Part shown: positions 9,304 through 19,054 of the stretch, in pieces
Layout of the letters: each line of letters begins with the position of its first letter
Numbering within the stretch: position 1 is the stretch's first letter
Source: Archangium sp.
GTDB lineage: Bacteria; Myxococcota; Myxococcia; Myxococcales; Myxococcaceae
Length of the DNA stretch: 39,880 nt
Direction: 5' to 3'
NCBI GenBank assembly: GCA_031367385.1
Contig: JANLPS010000161.1
Location: forward strand, 1-39,880
Position numbers and translations under genes: made by a program
Notes under the pieces: generated by a model
Databases searched by the model: none
Told to the model about the DNA's origin: nothing
What the model saw: the letters and a program-made list of their open reading frames with translations, nothing else

Positions 9304-11916
9304 ATGCGTTGGCCGATTGGGTTGTTCGCACTCGTCGCATTGTCTGGCTGCCCTCGCATCGACACCGGTGAGGACGGCGGCACCGGCCCCATCAACGCAG
9401 GCCCGGCTGGCGGTTTGTTCATTCGGGCGGGCTACGCCATCGACATACCCCAGGGGGCGCTGGCGGCTGACGTGCAGATCACCGTCACCATCATCGACAC
9501 CGGCATCCCCGACGTGCCTGAGCGAAAACGCATCAGCTTGGGCTACCGCTTCAGCCCGACCTCGCTGACCTTCAAGAGCCCTGCGAAGATCTACCTGCCG
9601 TGGGTGCCCGACCGGGTGCCGATGGCCGTCGACCAGAACACCTTCGACATGCGCAGGCAGGCGGGCACCGATGCCTACCTCTCGCTGCCCGGGGCCAAAA
9701 CCAGCATGTTGGGGGGCGTCAGCTTCGTCGAGGCTCCCAGCGAGCGGCTGGGTCTGTTTTGGGACACGAGCCCCGCGCAGCCGAACGTCGATCGACTCGA
9801 GGTCACGCCCAACAACGGCAGCATCACCGTTGGCGAGACCGAGCAGCTGAGCGCGAAGGTCATCTCACCGACCGGCGAGAGCGTCGATGCCACCGTCGCA
9901 TGGAGCGTCGTGCCCCCGCGGGTGGGCCACGTCGACGCGAACGGCCTCTTCACTTCGACCGGCCCCGGCGTCGCGAGCGTCACCGCCACCGCTGGCACCA
10001 AGACCGCGACCGTCACAGTCAACGTGTTCGGCACCGCGGTGGGCCCGGTCACCTACATTCACGAGAACCCGTTTCCCACGGGCAATGACCTCTGGGGCGG
10101 AGGCCTCATACCCGGCGGCTTCGGCGAGGTCTTCGCGGGTGCGAACGGCACCGTGTTGGCCCATTCGGTGACCGGGCAATGGTCGCGGCTGTTCTCGACG
10201 CCCGGCGTGATCTTCAAGGGCATCGGCGGCACCACCGCTGACAACGCCGTGGCGATCGGCGCACAGGGCACCACCGGCGTACTGGTGCAATTTCATGGCA
10301 CCACCGCGGCCCCGAGCGTCAGTGTGTACCGCAGCGTCGAGCCCCGCCAACTGTGGTTCGACGGCACCCATGGCATGGCGGTCGGCGTGGGCAACGATGT
10401 GCTGATCTACCGCGAGGCCAAGGTGGTCGATGGCGGTACTCCGAGTGGCGCGCGCACCTGGCAGACCGAGTACAGCCCGTCGTTCGAGCCGCTGCTCGAC
10501 GTGATCGGCGATGGCGCGGGCCGGTTCGTCACCGTCGGGTCTCGAGGCTCGCTCTACGCGTGGGACCCCGTGCGCAAGCTGTGGGACTCGCTGTACCAAA
10601 CGCAGCTCGCGACCTTGTTGACTGCGGCGGTGATCGCGACTCCGAATGGCAGCGAGGCGTGGGCGGTCGGCGGCAAGAAGCTGTGGCATTTTCAGGGCGC
10701 TGGCTGGTCGGCTGAGAATTTCCCCGAGATTGAGGGGCTCGCCGAAGGCACCGCGATGGACCTGGTCGATCACCACCTGCTGATCGGTGCGCGGTTGACT
10801 CCGAGCAAGACGGTGCCCAGCCCGGGGCTGATCATCACCTATGCGTTGGCGGTGCCCAGCACTGACGACGGCGGGGTCGACGCCGGGTCGCCGGCCTCGC
10901 CGTGGTACACCTTCCCGACGCGCAACCAGCAGATTCCTCGAGGGGTTTTCGGGGGAGGCGTCGATTCGACCGTGGGCTACGTGGTGGGTGAGCTGGGCGC
11001 GGTGTACCGGTGGCACCATGACACCGCGTCGTTCACCGAGGTCTCATCGGGGTTCTACGGAGACGTTCGCGACGTCGCCGCGTTGCCCACCGACGTCATC
11101 GCCAGCGTGAACACCTGCATCGACTCAGCGTGCAGCAAAGTGCTCGGCCGGGTGATGCACCGCGCGCCCGACGGCGGGTTCGAAGAGCTCGGCAATCAAG
11201 GGTTCAGCGGGCCGCTCTACGCCGTGTACGCGAACTCGCCGACCGACGTGCTCGTCTCGGCCGAGACCACCAGCTGGCACTACGACGGCGCGGTGTGGGC
11301 GACGGTACCGGTGAGCCCGAACGGTCAATTCGGCCCGATTCTCGACTTCAAATACTGCGGCCCGACCCTCTGGGGCGCGGGCGTCGGAGGCAGCGTGTTT
11401 CAAGGCTCGAGCACCCAGCTGCGAGACGTCGGCACCGCCGCGCAGGCCGATCTGTACGCGGTCTGGTGCCCGGCCGAGAACGAAGTCTGGGTCGCTGGCG
11501 ACGGGGTGATGGCCTCGAAGATCAGCAGCGCTCCCTGGGTGCCTCGCACCTCATCATCAATCAACCAAGCCGCGTGGCGCGCCGTCTGGGGCCCTGGAGG
11601 CGGCGAGGGCTTCGCGATGGGGGTCGCCTCTTACGGCATCTACTGGAACACCGCGACGCTGAGCACGATCGAACCGCTGCCGATTCGACCCGATGTGATC
11701 AACATGATGTGGGGCTCGACCATCGACAACCTGTACGCGGTGGGGCTCACCACGCAGCCGGTCAAGTTCGGGTTCGCGCTTCGCTTCGACGGCGTGAATT
11801 GGCACCTGGTCGACTCGGGCAGCCAACGCAACGTGACCGCGATCGACGGCATCTCGCCGACCAACATCTGGCTGGGCACCGAAGGCGGCGGGCTCCTGCG
11901 CGCCGTACCGCCGTAA
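9304..11916 (+). CDS. Large surface lipoprotein: ZU5-like domain, Big_2 Ig-like domain, beta-propeller repeats
   Basis: AAGGAG SD and lipobox LSGC. ZU5-like segment IDIPQGAL...Y.FSP..LTFKSP..IYLP; Ig-like segment LEVTP...ITVGET.QLSA...WS...VD..GL.T..GPG.ASVTAT; repeated (W/Y)AVG..G...HYDG..W propeller blades. Confidence 0.88.
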   Translation: MRWPIGLFALVALSGCPRIDTGEDGGTGPINAGPAGGLFIRAGYAIDIPQGALAADVQITVTIIDTGIPDVPERKRISLGYRFSPTSLTFKSPAKIYLPWVPDRVPMAVDQNTFDMRRQAGTDAYLSLPGAKTSMLGGVSFVEAPSERLGLFWDTSPAQPNVDRLEVTPNNGSITVGETEQLSAKVISPTGESVDATVAWSVVPPRVGHVDANGLFTSTGPGVASVTATAGTKTATVTVNVFGTAVGPVTYIHENPFPTGNDLWGGGLIPGGFGEVFAGANGTVLAHSVTGQWSRLFSTPGVIFKGIGGTTADNAVAIGAQGTTGVLVQFHGTTAAPSVSVYRSVEPRQLWFDGTHGMAVGVGNDVLIYREAKVVDGGTPSGARTWQTEYSPSFEPLLDVIGDGAGRFVTVGSRGSLYAWDPVRKLWDSLYQTQLATLLTAAVIATPNGSEAWAVGGKKLWHFQGAGWSAENFPEIEGLAEGTAMDLVDHHLLIGARLTPSKTVPSPGLIITYALAVPSTDDGGVDAGSPASPWYTFPTRNQQIPRGVFGGGVDSTVGYVVGELGAVYRWHHDTASFTEVSSGFYGDVRDVAALPTDVIASVNTCIDSACSKVLGRVMHRAPDGGFEELGNQGFSGPLYAVYANSPTDVLVSAETTSWHYDGAVWATVPVSPNGQFGPILDFKYCGPTLWGAGVGGSVFQGSSTQLRDVGTAAQADLYAVWCPAENEVWVAGDGVMASKISSAPWVPRTSSSINQAAWRAVWGPGGGEGFAMGVASYGIYWNTATLSTIEPLPIRPDVINMMWGSTIDNLYAVGLTTQPVKFGFALRFDGVNWHLVDSGSQRNVTAIDGISPTNIWLGTEGGGLLRAVPP

Positions 11917-11920
11917 CGCC

Positions 11921-13285
11921 TCAAGACTCGGGCGGTTTCTCGCCATCTTCAGCCGCCAACTTCCGGTAAATCGTTCGCGCCGCGATGTTCAACATTCGCG
12001 CGGCCAGGTTCTTGTCACCCTTCGTGTGCCGCAGCGTCTCGTGAATGACCCGGCGCTCGATCTCCTCCATCGGAGTACCGATCGGAATCACGATTTGCGA
12101 CGCCGACCCCATCGGCCCCTTGCGCACGGCCTCGGGCAGGTCACCCGGCTCGACGACCTCTTGCCGGCACAGCACCACCGCGCGCTCGACCGCATGCTCG
12201 AGCTCACGAATGTTGCCTGGCCACGCGTAATTCTCGAGCACCGCGAGGGTCTCGTCTGAAAACCCGCGCACCGACTTGGCGTTCTTCGCCGCGTACCTGC
12301 GCAAGAAATGCTCGGCGAGCAACGAGATGTCTTCTCGGCGCGAGGCCAGCGCAGGTATTCGCACTTCGACGACGTTGAGCCGGTAGTACAGATCTTCTCG
12401 AAACCGGCCCTCTTGCACTTCGCGCTGCAAATCTTTGTTGGTCGCGGCGACGACGCGCACATCGACCTTGATGGTCTGGGTGCCGCCGAGCCGCTCGAGC
12501 TCGCTCTCTTGCAGTACGCGCAGCAACTTCACCTGCGCCGACGAGCTCATCTCGCCGACCTCGTCGAGAAACAACGTGCCGGTCGACGCGCGCTCGAAGC
12601 GGCCTTCTTTGCGCGCGACTGCTCCGGTGAAGGCGCCCTTCTCGACACCGAAAAGCTCTGCTTCGAGAATGCTCTCAGGCAACGCCGCGCAGTTGACCGC
12701 GATGAATGGGCCCTTCACCCTGGGCGACTGCTCGTGCACGAACCGCGCGGCCAGCTCTTTGCCGGTGCCCGACTCGCCCATCAACAGCACCGTCGCCGTC
12801 GAGGGCGCGGCCTGGCGAAGCACGTCCATGAACGCGCGAAAGGCCGGAGACTGCCCAACGATTGACTTCGGCCCCAGCGCCGCCAATTGCGCCTTCAAGT
12901 CGCGGTTCTCGGCGACGAGGGCTTGTTTCTCCATCGCCTTTTGCACCGCCTTCACCAGCGAGTGCCGCTTCAGGGGCTTGGTGATGAAGTCGTACGCGCC
13001 ATCGCGCATCGCGTTCACCGCGGTCTCGACGGTGGCGTACGCCGTCATCAGCACGACCTCGACATCGGGGCGCATCGCGCGGCAGGCCTTGAGCAGCTCC
13101 TGGCCGTCGACGCCGGGCATCATCAGGTCGGTGACGAGCACACCCACTTCGGGCTTTCGCAGCAGGGCCAGCGCCTCTTGCCCCGAGCTCGCGGGCAGCG
13201 TCGAGACCCCTTCTTTTTGAAAGATGCGGCAGACCGAGTCGAGGTTGGCGCGATCGTCATCGACGACCAGAACGGTTGAGCTCAT
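11921..13285 (-). CDS. Sigma54-dependent NtrC-family response regulator (REC-AAA+-HTH)
   Basis: REC domain (VLVVDDD...TDLMMPG...KP), Walker A GESGTGKE, GAFTGA, LFLDEVGE, WPGNIREL and a Fis-type HTH (AARMLNIAARTIYRKL). Confidence 0.96.
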   Translation of the reverse strand: MSSTVLVVDDDRANLDSVCRIFQKEGVSTLPASSGQEALALLRKPEVGVLVTDLMMPGVDGQELLKACRAMRPDVEVVLMTAYATVETAVNAMRDGAYDFITKPLKRHSLVKAVQKAMEKQALVAENRDLKAQLAALGPKSIVGQSPAFRAFMDVLRQAAPSTATVLLMGESGTGKELAARFVHEQSPRVKGPFIAVNCAALPESILEAELFGVEKGAFTGAVARKEGRFERASTGTLFLDEVGEMSSSAQVKLLRVLQESELERLGGTQTIKVDVRVVAATNKDLQREVQEGRFREDLYYRLNVVEVRIPALASRREDISLLAEHFLRRYAAKNAKSVRGFSDETLAVLENYAWPGNIRELEHAVERAVVLCRQEVVEPGDLPEAVRKGPMGSASQIVIPIGTPMEEIERRVIHETLRHTKGDKNLAARMLNIAARTIYRKLAAEDGEKPPES

Positions 13286-13289
13286 GTTT

Positions 13290-15158
13290 TTAGGGGCAGG
13301 TGGTGCCGGAAGAGGGCGCGCCATTGCAGCAGGTGTCGCCGTAGGCGGGCTGGGCTGAGAAACTGACTGTCGCCGGCAAGCACTGGCACGCCGCCCCCGA
13401 TTGTCTGGGGGTGATTTGCCAGCACCCCTCTCGATCGGCTCGTTTGCAATCACTGAAGAAATTGCAGCTCTTCAGGCACAAGCTGACGTTGTCGCCAGCA
13501 GTCGAGGTGACGTCACAGTAGCCGCCGGTGTCGCACACCTTGAGGTCATTTCGGCAGGGCCCGGTGCAGTAGCCATTCGAGTTGCCGGGCAGGTTGACGA
13601 GGCACACACCGCCGAGACACTGGCTACTGGTGGTGCAGTCGGCTCCATAGGCCAACGCCGTTTTGACCTTCGACTCACAGCGTTTGCTCGCCAAGTTGCA
13701 GCCGTAACCTGATGCGATGGTGCCGCATTCCGAGTCTTTGGTGCAGAGCGCGATGCAGAAATTGTTGTTGTTCGCGGCGTTCTTCGGCTCATCGGGGTCG
13801 ACGCACGCGAACCCCACCCGGCATTTGCCGCTCGAGCCCAAGCCATCACCCGTGCAGGGAATTCGGCACTCGGTACGGGAGCTCCCGGAGACCGCGAGGC
13901 AGATGCTGGTGCCGTGGCACCCCGCGTTGCTGCCGACCGTGCAGTTGATCGCATTCGCGCAGGCGCCGTTGGGCAACCCGGTGTTCGCTTCAGAATAGCA
14001 CAAGCCCCCCGCGCACTGGCCGTCGGTGCGGCAGGGCAGGCCGTCGTTGACGCCGCTGCACTTGGAGTCTCCGGTGCACTTCGAGTCGGCGCAATCGACT
14101 GCCTGGTCACAGGTGTTGTCGATGCCGTCGTTGCAGACTTCGGTACCCGCGCCGACGCAATCAGGGTCGGTGCAGTCGGTCAGGCCATCGCCGTCATTGT
14201 CGTTGAGGTCAGAACAGAGCACTTCTTTCTTCACCAAGGCCGCGCACTGGCACCCGGCGCCGCAGCTCTGGCCCGTGCAATCGGAGTCAGCGCAATCGGT
14301 GCCTCCCGCGCCGTTGTTGTCGATGCCGTCGTTGCAGAGGGTCTCGGTCTTTCGCCCGCCGGCGCACAGACACCCCGTGCCGCAGCTCTGGCTCGTGCAA
14401 TCGGAGTCAGCGCAGTCGGTGCCCCCGGTGCCATTGTTGTCGATGCCGTCATTGCACAGCGTCTCGGTCTTACGCCCGCCGGCGCACAGACACCCAGTGC
14501 CGCAGCTCTGGCTCGCGCAATCGGAGTCGGCGCAGTCGGTACCTCCACTGCCGTTGTTATCGACGCCGTCACTGCAGAGCGTCTCGGTCTTACGCCCACT
14601 GGCGCACAGACACCCAGTGCCGCAGCTCTGGCTCGCGCAGTCGGTGTCAGCACAGTCGGTCGAGAGGTCTGAATCATTGTCGGCGAGGTCACCGCAGTTG
14701 CTCTCGGTCTTCACTCCGCCCACGCAGGTGCAACCGGCGCCGCAGCCGCCGCACACGCCGGCGTCGATGACGACCACGACGCCCGAATCGCGAACTCCCG
14801 AATCGGCGACGGTGACGACTCCGGAGTCTCTCATGCCGCCGTCTTTGCTGCCGTCGAAGATCTGCTTCACGCCGCCAACGCACAAGCAGCTGAGGCCACA
14901 GCCCTGGCCCTCACACTGGGGGTCGGCGCAGTCGATCTTGCCGTTGTTGTTGTCATCGCGCGCGTTGTCGCAGATCTCGCCGAATACGCAGGCCGAGGTG
15001 TCGATGCACTTCGGGTCGAGACAGTCGATCTTGCCGTCGCCGTTGTCGTCGATGTGGTTGGTGCAGTTTTCAGTGTCGTTCATCGTGACCGGAGGCTTGA
15101 CCTCAGGGCAGCCCGCGAGCGCGAGCACGACCACTGCGACGAAAAGATGGCTGCGCAT
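13290..15158 (-). CDS. Cysteine-rich repeat surface lipoprotein
   Basis: Lipobox LAGC, multiple E.C.DG.DN.G.G..DCAD.DC repeats, a DSG/DAG linker typical of myxobacterial proteins and a Cys-rich C-terminal domain. Confidence 0.9.
   Translation of the reverse strand: MRSHLFVAVVVLALAGCPEVKPPVTMNDTENCTNHIDDNGDGKIDCLDPKCIDTSACVFGEICDNARDDNNNGKIDCADPQCEGQGCGLSCLCVGGVKQIFDGSKDGGMRDSGVVTVADSGVRDSGVVVVIDAGVCGGCGAGCTCVGGVKTESNCGDLADNDSDLSTDCADTDCASQSCGTGCLCASGRKTETLCSDGVDNNGSGGTDCADSDCASQSCGTGCLCAGGRKTETLCNDGIDNNGTGGTDCADSDCTSQSCGTGCLCAGGRKTETLCNDGIDNNGAGGTDCADSDCTGQSCGAGCQCAALVKKEVLCSDLNDNDGDGLTDCTDPDCVGAGTEVCNDGIDNTCDQAVDCADSKCTGDSKCSGVNDGLPCRTDGQCAGGLCYSEANTGLPNGACANAINCTVGSNAGCHGTSICLAVSGSSRTECRIPCTGDGLGSSGKCRVGFACVDPDEPKNAANNNNFCIALCTKDSECGTIASGYGCNLASKRCESKVKTALAYGADCTTSSQCLGGVCLVNLPGNSNGYCTGPCRNDLKVCDTGGYCDVTSTAGDNVSLCLKSCNFFSDCKRADREGCWQITPRQSGAACQCLPATVSFSAQPAYGDTCCNGAPSSGTTCP
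14150..14735 (-). repeat. In-frame 120-bp tandem repeat (~4-5 copies, 40-aa unit CLCAGGRKTETLCNDGIDNNGxGGTDCADSDCxSQSCGTG)
   Basis: GTCTCGGTCTT recurs at 14341, 14461 and 14581, and TCGG(A/T)GTC(A/G)GC recurs at 14281, 14401, 14521 and 14641, an exact 120-nt period. Ends are approximate. Confidence 0.92.
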
Positions 15159-15233
15159 CAAGAAACCCACTCGGCCACGAGAAGTCGTTCTTCGTACCAC
15201 AGACTGCCCCGAGATCGACCACGCCCTACCGCG

Positions 15234-16208
15234 TCATTCCTCCGCGGGCTCTGCTGGGGCGCCGCCCATCTTGGCCACGTCTTCTTTGTTGACCTTGAGC
15301 GGGTCGATTTTCTTGGTGGCTTGCAGCAGCTTGTCGATGGTCTCGTCGAAGTCGAACTCGCCGCCCTTCTTGAACCGTAAGAAATTCACCCGGGCCACGA
15401 CGTAGTTCTTCAAGTAGGCCGACTGCAGCCCCTTGGCCTTGAGCGCGTCGACGACCTGCACCACGGCGTCGTCCCACTCCAGCAGCAGCTGGGCGCGGTG
15501 CTCTCGAGTCGCCAACGCGTCTTCAATCGGCTCCTCCAAGAAGCCCTCGAGGCGCTTGACCACCGACGAATACGCACCCGCCGAGTAGCGCGGCCGTTTC
15601 TCGTAGACCGCGCCGAAGGTGATGAAGTGCGGCTCTTCGAAGTAGCCGATGAAGTCGCTCTCGTGCTTCTTGCCCTGCGCGCCGACCAGCCCGCGGTACA
15701 TGCGAATCACCTCGAGCGAGCGCTCTTTGAGGTTGTGGGCCTTCTCGGTGTTGAGCGCGAGAATCTGGTACGCCACGTCGGGCTCGGGCAGCACCAGCGC
15801 GACCACGCTCTTCATACCGAGCAGGGTCATCGCGCCCAGGCGGTGGTTGCCGTTGGGCGTCCAGTACTTGCCGTCTTGTCGCACCGCGATGATCGGGTCC
15901 AAGAACCGGCCGAGGCGCTCCATGGCGTTGGCGAGCTTCTTCACGTGCGCTTCTGAGCGATCGCGCTGATACGGCGTCGGCTCGACCTTTTCGATCGGCA
16001 GCGCGGCGATCACCACCGTGTAGCCACCGAGCGGTTCTTTGTAGGTGCCGATGACGGTGCCGCCGTCAGCCGTCACTTCAGCCGCCAGGGTGAGCCCATC
16101 GGAGCTGGTCTTCATCTCGGTCGCGCCGAGCCCTTTCGACTTCGCCTCGACCTTGGTGCGGCGCTTCGCCCGCGGCTTTTTGATCTGCTTTTTCGCGGCC
16201 ATTTTCAT
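15234..16208 (-). CDS. ParB/Sulfiredoxin-like N-terminal domain protein
   Basis: LPIEKVEPTPYQR...L..AM..LG.FLDPII.....Y....GNHRL.AM..LG...V.A.V...ALNTEK matches the ParB/Srx fold. It has a basic N-terminal tail and its start overlaps the tldE stop (ATGA). Alternative start 16202. Confidence 0.85.
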   Translation of the reverse strand: MKMAAKKQIKKPRAKRRTKVEAKSKGLGATEMKTSSDGLTLAAEVTADGGTVIGTYKEPLGGYTVVIAALPIEKVEPTPYQRDRSEAHVKKLANAMERLGRFLDPIIAVRQDGKYWTPNGNHRLGAMTLLGMKSVVALVLPEPDVAYQILALNTEKAHNLKERSLEVIRMYRGLVGAQGKKHESDFIGYFEEPHFITFGAVYEKRPRYSAGAYSSVVKRLEGFLEEPIEDALATREHRAQLLLEWDDAVVQVVDALKAKGLQSAYLKNYVVARVNFLRFKKGGEFDFDETIDKLLQATKKIDPLKVNKEDVAKMGGAPAEPAEE

Positions 16209-17554
16209 TCTCCAGAGACGGTGAGCTCTTTGAAACGAATCGTCGGAGCGCCAGTCGAGCCCAAGAAGCGCAAGTCAGACCCGACCGCATCGATGCCCTG
16301 CAGCATGTCGATGAGCTTGCCGGCGACCGTGACCTCTTGCACGGGGCGAGAGAGCTGACCGTTCTCGATCCACACTCCGTTGGCCCCGCGCGAGTACTCG
16401 CCGGTGACCAGGTTTGCGCCGCTGCCGAGCATCGCGGTCACGTAAAACCCATTGGGCACTTCGCGAATCATCTCTTCGGGGTCGCGCTTGCCGGCCTCGA
16501 GGTAGAGGTTGGTGGTGCCAATGCTGGGCATCGACTTGTAGCCACGCGACGCGTTGCCGGTGCTCCGGGCCTTGGCTTTTCGAGCGGTGAACGCGTCGTA
16601 CAAGAACGAGCGCAAGACGCCGTTTTGCACCACTGCATTGCGACGCCGGGGCACGCCTTCTCCGTCGAAAGGCGCGGTGCCGAGGCCCTTGGGCAACAGG
16701 CCGTCGTCGACGATGGTGACGGTGTCGGGAGCGATTTTTTCGCCGAGCTTCGAGGCCAGAAACGACGACTTCTTGAACACCAGGTCGCCGTTGGCGGCAC
16801 CGGCGATCGAGCTGATGAACCCGGCGGCCATAGTCGGGTCGAAGATCACCGGCACCTTCTGCGACTTGACCTTCTTCGCGCCCAGCAGCCGAATCGCGCG
16901 CCGCGCCCCTTCTCGGGCCACCGACTCGGGAGACGGCAGCTCATTCAAGAACCGCTTCACGTCGTACCAGTAGCTGGTTTGCAACTGCTCGCCCTCGGCG
17001 GCGACGGCCGCGGTGTACAGGTAGGCGCTGGTGGTTTGGTACCCGCCGGTCATGCCTGCTGACGAAGCGAGGTAGACCTCGGTGACGTTCTCTCCGGCCT
17101 CGACCGAGTCGACCGTCTTGATGCGCGGGTCATAGCTGCGGCAGACCTTCTCCATCTCCAGCGCGGCCTTGATCTTCCAATCGGGGGCGAGCTTGACGAT
17201 CGCCGAATCGGAGAGCGAGCCGACGTCGGGCAGCTTGCCGAAGTCTTTGCCTTCGGCGAACCCGTTGAGCGGGTTGGGAGCCGACGCCTGCGCCAACGCC
17301 ACCGCGCGGTCGACGAAGGCATCGACGTTCGAGGGCATGAAATCGGTCGTCCACGCGAAGCCGAGGCGTTTGTTGACGATCACCCGCACGCCGCAGCCCT
17401 TGCTCGTGGCCTCGGTCAGGCTCTCGATGTCTCCATCGCGCACCCGGCAGCTCGCTTCGCGGCCGACCTGAATGAACACTTCGGCTTCAGAGGCGCCGCT
17501 CTTCTTGGCGCGGGCCACCATCTTCTTCGCCAGCTGCTCGTAGTTGGTCGCCAT
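16205..17554 (-). CDS. tldE: TldE/PmbA family protein
   Basis: G.GVRVI...RLGFA, SFL..KLG..IA...VTIVDDG, FDGEG, YSRGANG.WIENG....V.EVTVAG and PTI..; no HExxxH. Coupled to tldD by TAATG. Confidence 0.93.
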   Translation of the reverse strand: MATNYEQLAKKMVARAKKSGASEAEVFIQVGREASCRVRDGDIESLTEATSKGCGVRVIVNKRLGFAWTTDFMPSNVDAFVDRAVALAQASAPNPLNGFAEGKDFGKLPDVGSLSDSAIVKLAPDWKIKAALEMEKVCRSYDPRIKTVDSVEAGENVTEVYLASSAGMTGGYQTTSAYLYTAAVAAEGEQLQTSYWYDVKRFLNELPSPESVAREGARRAIRLLGAKKVKSQKVPVIFDPTMAAGFISSIAGAANGDLVFKKSSFLASKLGEKIAPDTVTIVDDGLLPKGLGTAPFDGEGVPRRRNAVVQNGVLRSFLYDAFTARKAKARSTGNASRGYKSMPSIGTTNLYLEAGKRDPEEMIREVPNGFYVTAMLGSGANLVTGEYSRGANGVWIENGQLSRPVQEVTVAGKLIDMLQGIDAVGSDLRFLGSTGAPTIRFKELTVSGE

Positions 17555-18996
17555 TATCGCGCCGCTCCCACGCGGGTGCCGCCGACGGTCATTTTGTCGA
17601 TTCGAACGGTGGGCAAGCCGACGCCGACTGGCACGCTCTGCCCGTCTTTGCCGCAGGTGCCGAGGCCCGGGTCGGGCATCGGGTCGTTGCCCACGCGAGA
17701 GACGTTCTTCAATGCCTCGGGGCCCACGCCAATGAGGGTGACGCCCTTGAGTGGCCGGCCGAGCTTGCCCTTCTTGATCTCGTACGCCTCGCTCACCTCG
17801 AAGACGAAGTTGCCGTTGGTGATGTCGACCTGCCCACCGCCGAAGTTCGCGCAATAGATGCCGCCGTCGACCTCTCGAATGATGTCGTCGTGGGTGTCTT
17901 CACCGGGCGCCAGGTACGTGTTGGTCATGCGGGGCATCGGCAAGCAGGTGAAGTTCTCGCGCCGACCGCTGCCGGTGCTCTTGGTCTTCATCAACCCGGC
18001 GTTGAAGTCGTCATACATGTACCCCTTGAGCACACCTCGCTCGATCAGCACCTTGAACTGCCCGGGGTTGCCCTCGTCGTCGACGTTGAGCGAGCCCCGT
18101 GAGTTGGCGACGGTGCCGTCGTCGATGACGGTGACCAGGTCTGAGGCCACTTTCTGGCCCACCTTGCCGGCGAAGAGCGAGGTGCCCTTGCGAATGAAGT
18201 CGGCCTCGAGCCCATGGCCGACCGCTTCGTGCAGCAAGATGCCGCTCCAGCCTGGAGCGAGCACCACCGTCTGTTCGCCGGCTTGCGCATCGGCCGCGCC
18301 GAGGCCCGCACACGCCTGGCGAGCCGCTTCGGTGGCCACCAGCTCGGGGGTGAAGACATCGAAGTGGCTGAACGGCACGCGGCCGCCACCGCCGTAGAAG
18401 CCGCTGCGGCGCTCGGCGTTCTTGCCCTCGACCACGACGGAGACCGACATGCGCGAGAGATCTTGAACGTCTTCGGCGAGATGCCCGCGGGTGTTGGCGA
18501 CCAAGATGCGCTTGGTCGTGTCGGCGTAGGTGGCGCTGACCTGGCGCACGCGCTTACCGAAGGCCCGGGCAGCGCGGTTGGCGCGAACGACCAGGTCTCT
18601 CTTTTGTGAGAGGTCGACGGCGCTCAGGTGCTGCTTGAGGCTGTAAAACGTCGGCAGCGGGGTGCGCGAGACCTTGAACGACTGCTCGCTGCCACCGCCA
18701 TGGGCGATGAACGCCGCGGTTCGGGCTGCTCGAAAGAGCGCTTCATCGTCGAGGTCGTCTGAGTAGGCGTAGCCCACCTTCATGCCGCTGATGACCCGAA
18801 TGCCGACCCCCTGGGCCAGGCCGCTCTGGGCGCTCTTGACCTTGTCTTCTTCGAGCACGACGCCGGTCGATTCAGACCGCTCGGCGAAAACTTCAGCGAA
18901 ATCAGCGCCTCGCTCCATTGCAGCGCCCAGCAGTCGCTCAGCCAGGGTGATCGGGAGCAGCGTGGTGGGGGAGACTTTCGGTACTTTTGTGCCCAT
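17554..18996 (-). CDS. tldD: TldD metalloprotease
   Basis: GVGIRVI.G.KVGYAYSD, zinc motif HEAVGHGLEAD, DDEG, PMPRMTNTY, FGGGQVD and CGKDGQSVPVGVG.PT. Confidence 0.96.
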   Translation of the reverse strand: MGTKVPKVSPTTLLPITLAERLLGAAMERGADFAEVFAERSESTGVVLEEDKVKSAQSGLAQGVGIRVISGMKVGYAYSDDLDDEALFRAARTAAFIAHGGGSEQSFKVSRTPLPTFYSLKQHLSAVDLSQKRDLVVRANRAARAFGKRVRQVSATYADTTKRILVANTRGHLAEDVQDLSRMSVSVVVEGKNAERRSGFYGGGGRVPFSHFDVFTPELVATEAARQACAGLGAADAQAGEQTVVLAPGWSGILLHEAVGHGLEADFIRKGTSLFAGKVGQKVASDLVTVIDDGTVANSRGSLNVDDEGNPGQFKVLIERGVLKGYMYDDFNAGLMKTKSTGSGRRENFTCLPMPRMTNTYLAPGEDTHDDIIREVDGGIYCANFGGGQVDITNGNFVFEVSEAYEIKKGKLGRPLKGVTLIGVGPEALKNVSRVGNDPMPDPGLGTCGKDGQSVPVGVGLPTVRIDKMTVGGTRVGAAR

Positions 18997-19054
18997 ACGG
19001 CTTCGAACAGTAACAATCCTGGCGTCATCAACCTGCTAAAGTTTCGCCCACCGC

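Noticed and set aside
14150..14735. 120-bp periodic repeat as a CRISPR-like array
   Set aside because: The units are in-frame coding repeats without unique spacers, and no cas genes are present.
15234..16208. Canonical chromosome-partition ParB working with the nearby smc
   Set aside because: It lacks the GERR motif, there is no parA, and I noticed no parS-like palindrome by eye (not an exhaustive scan).
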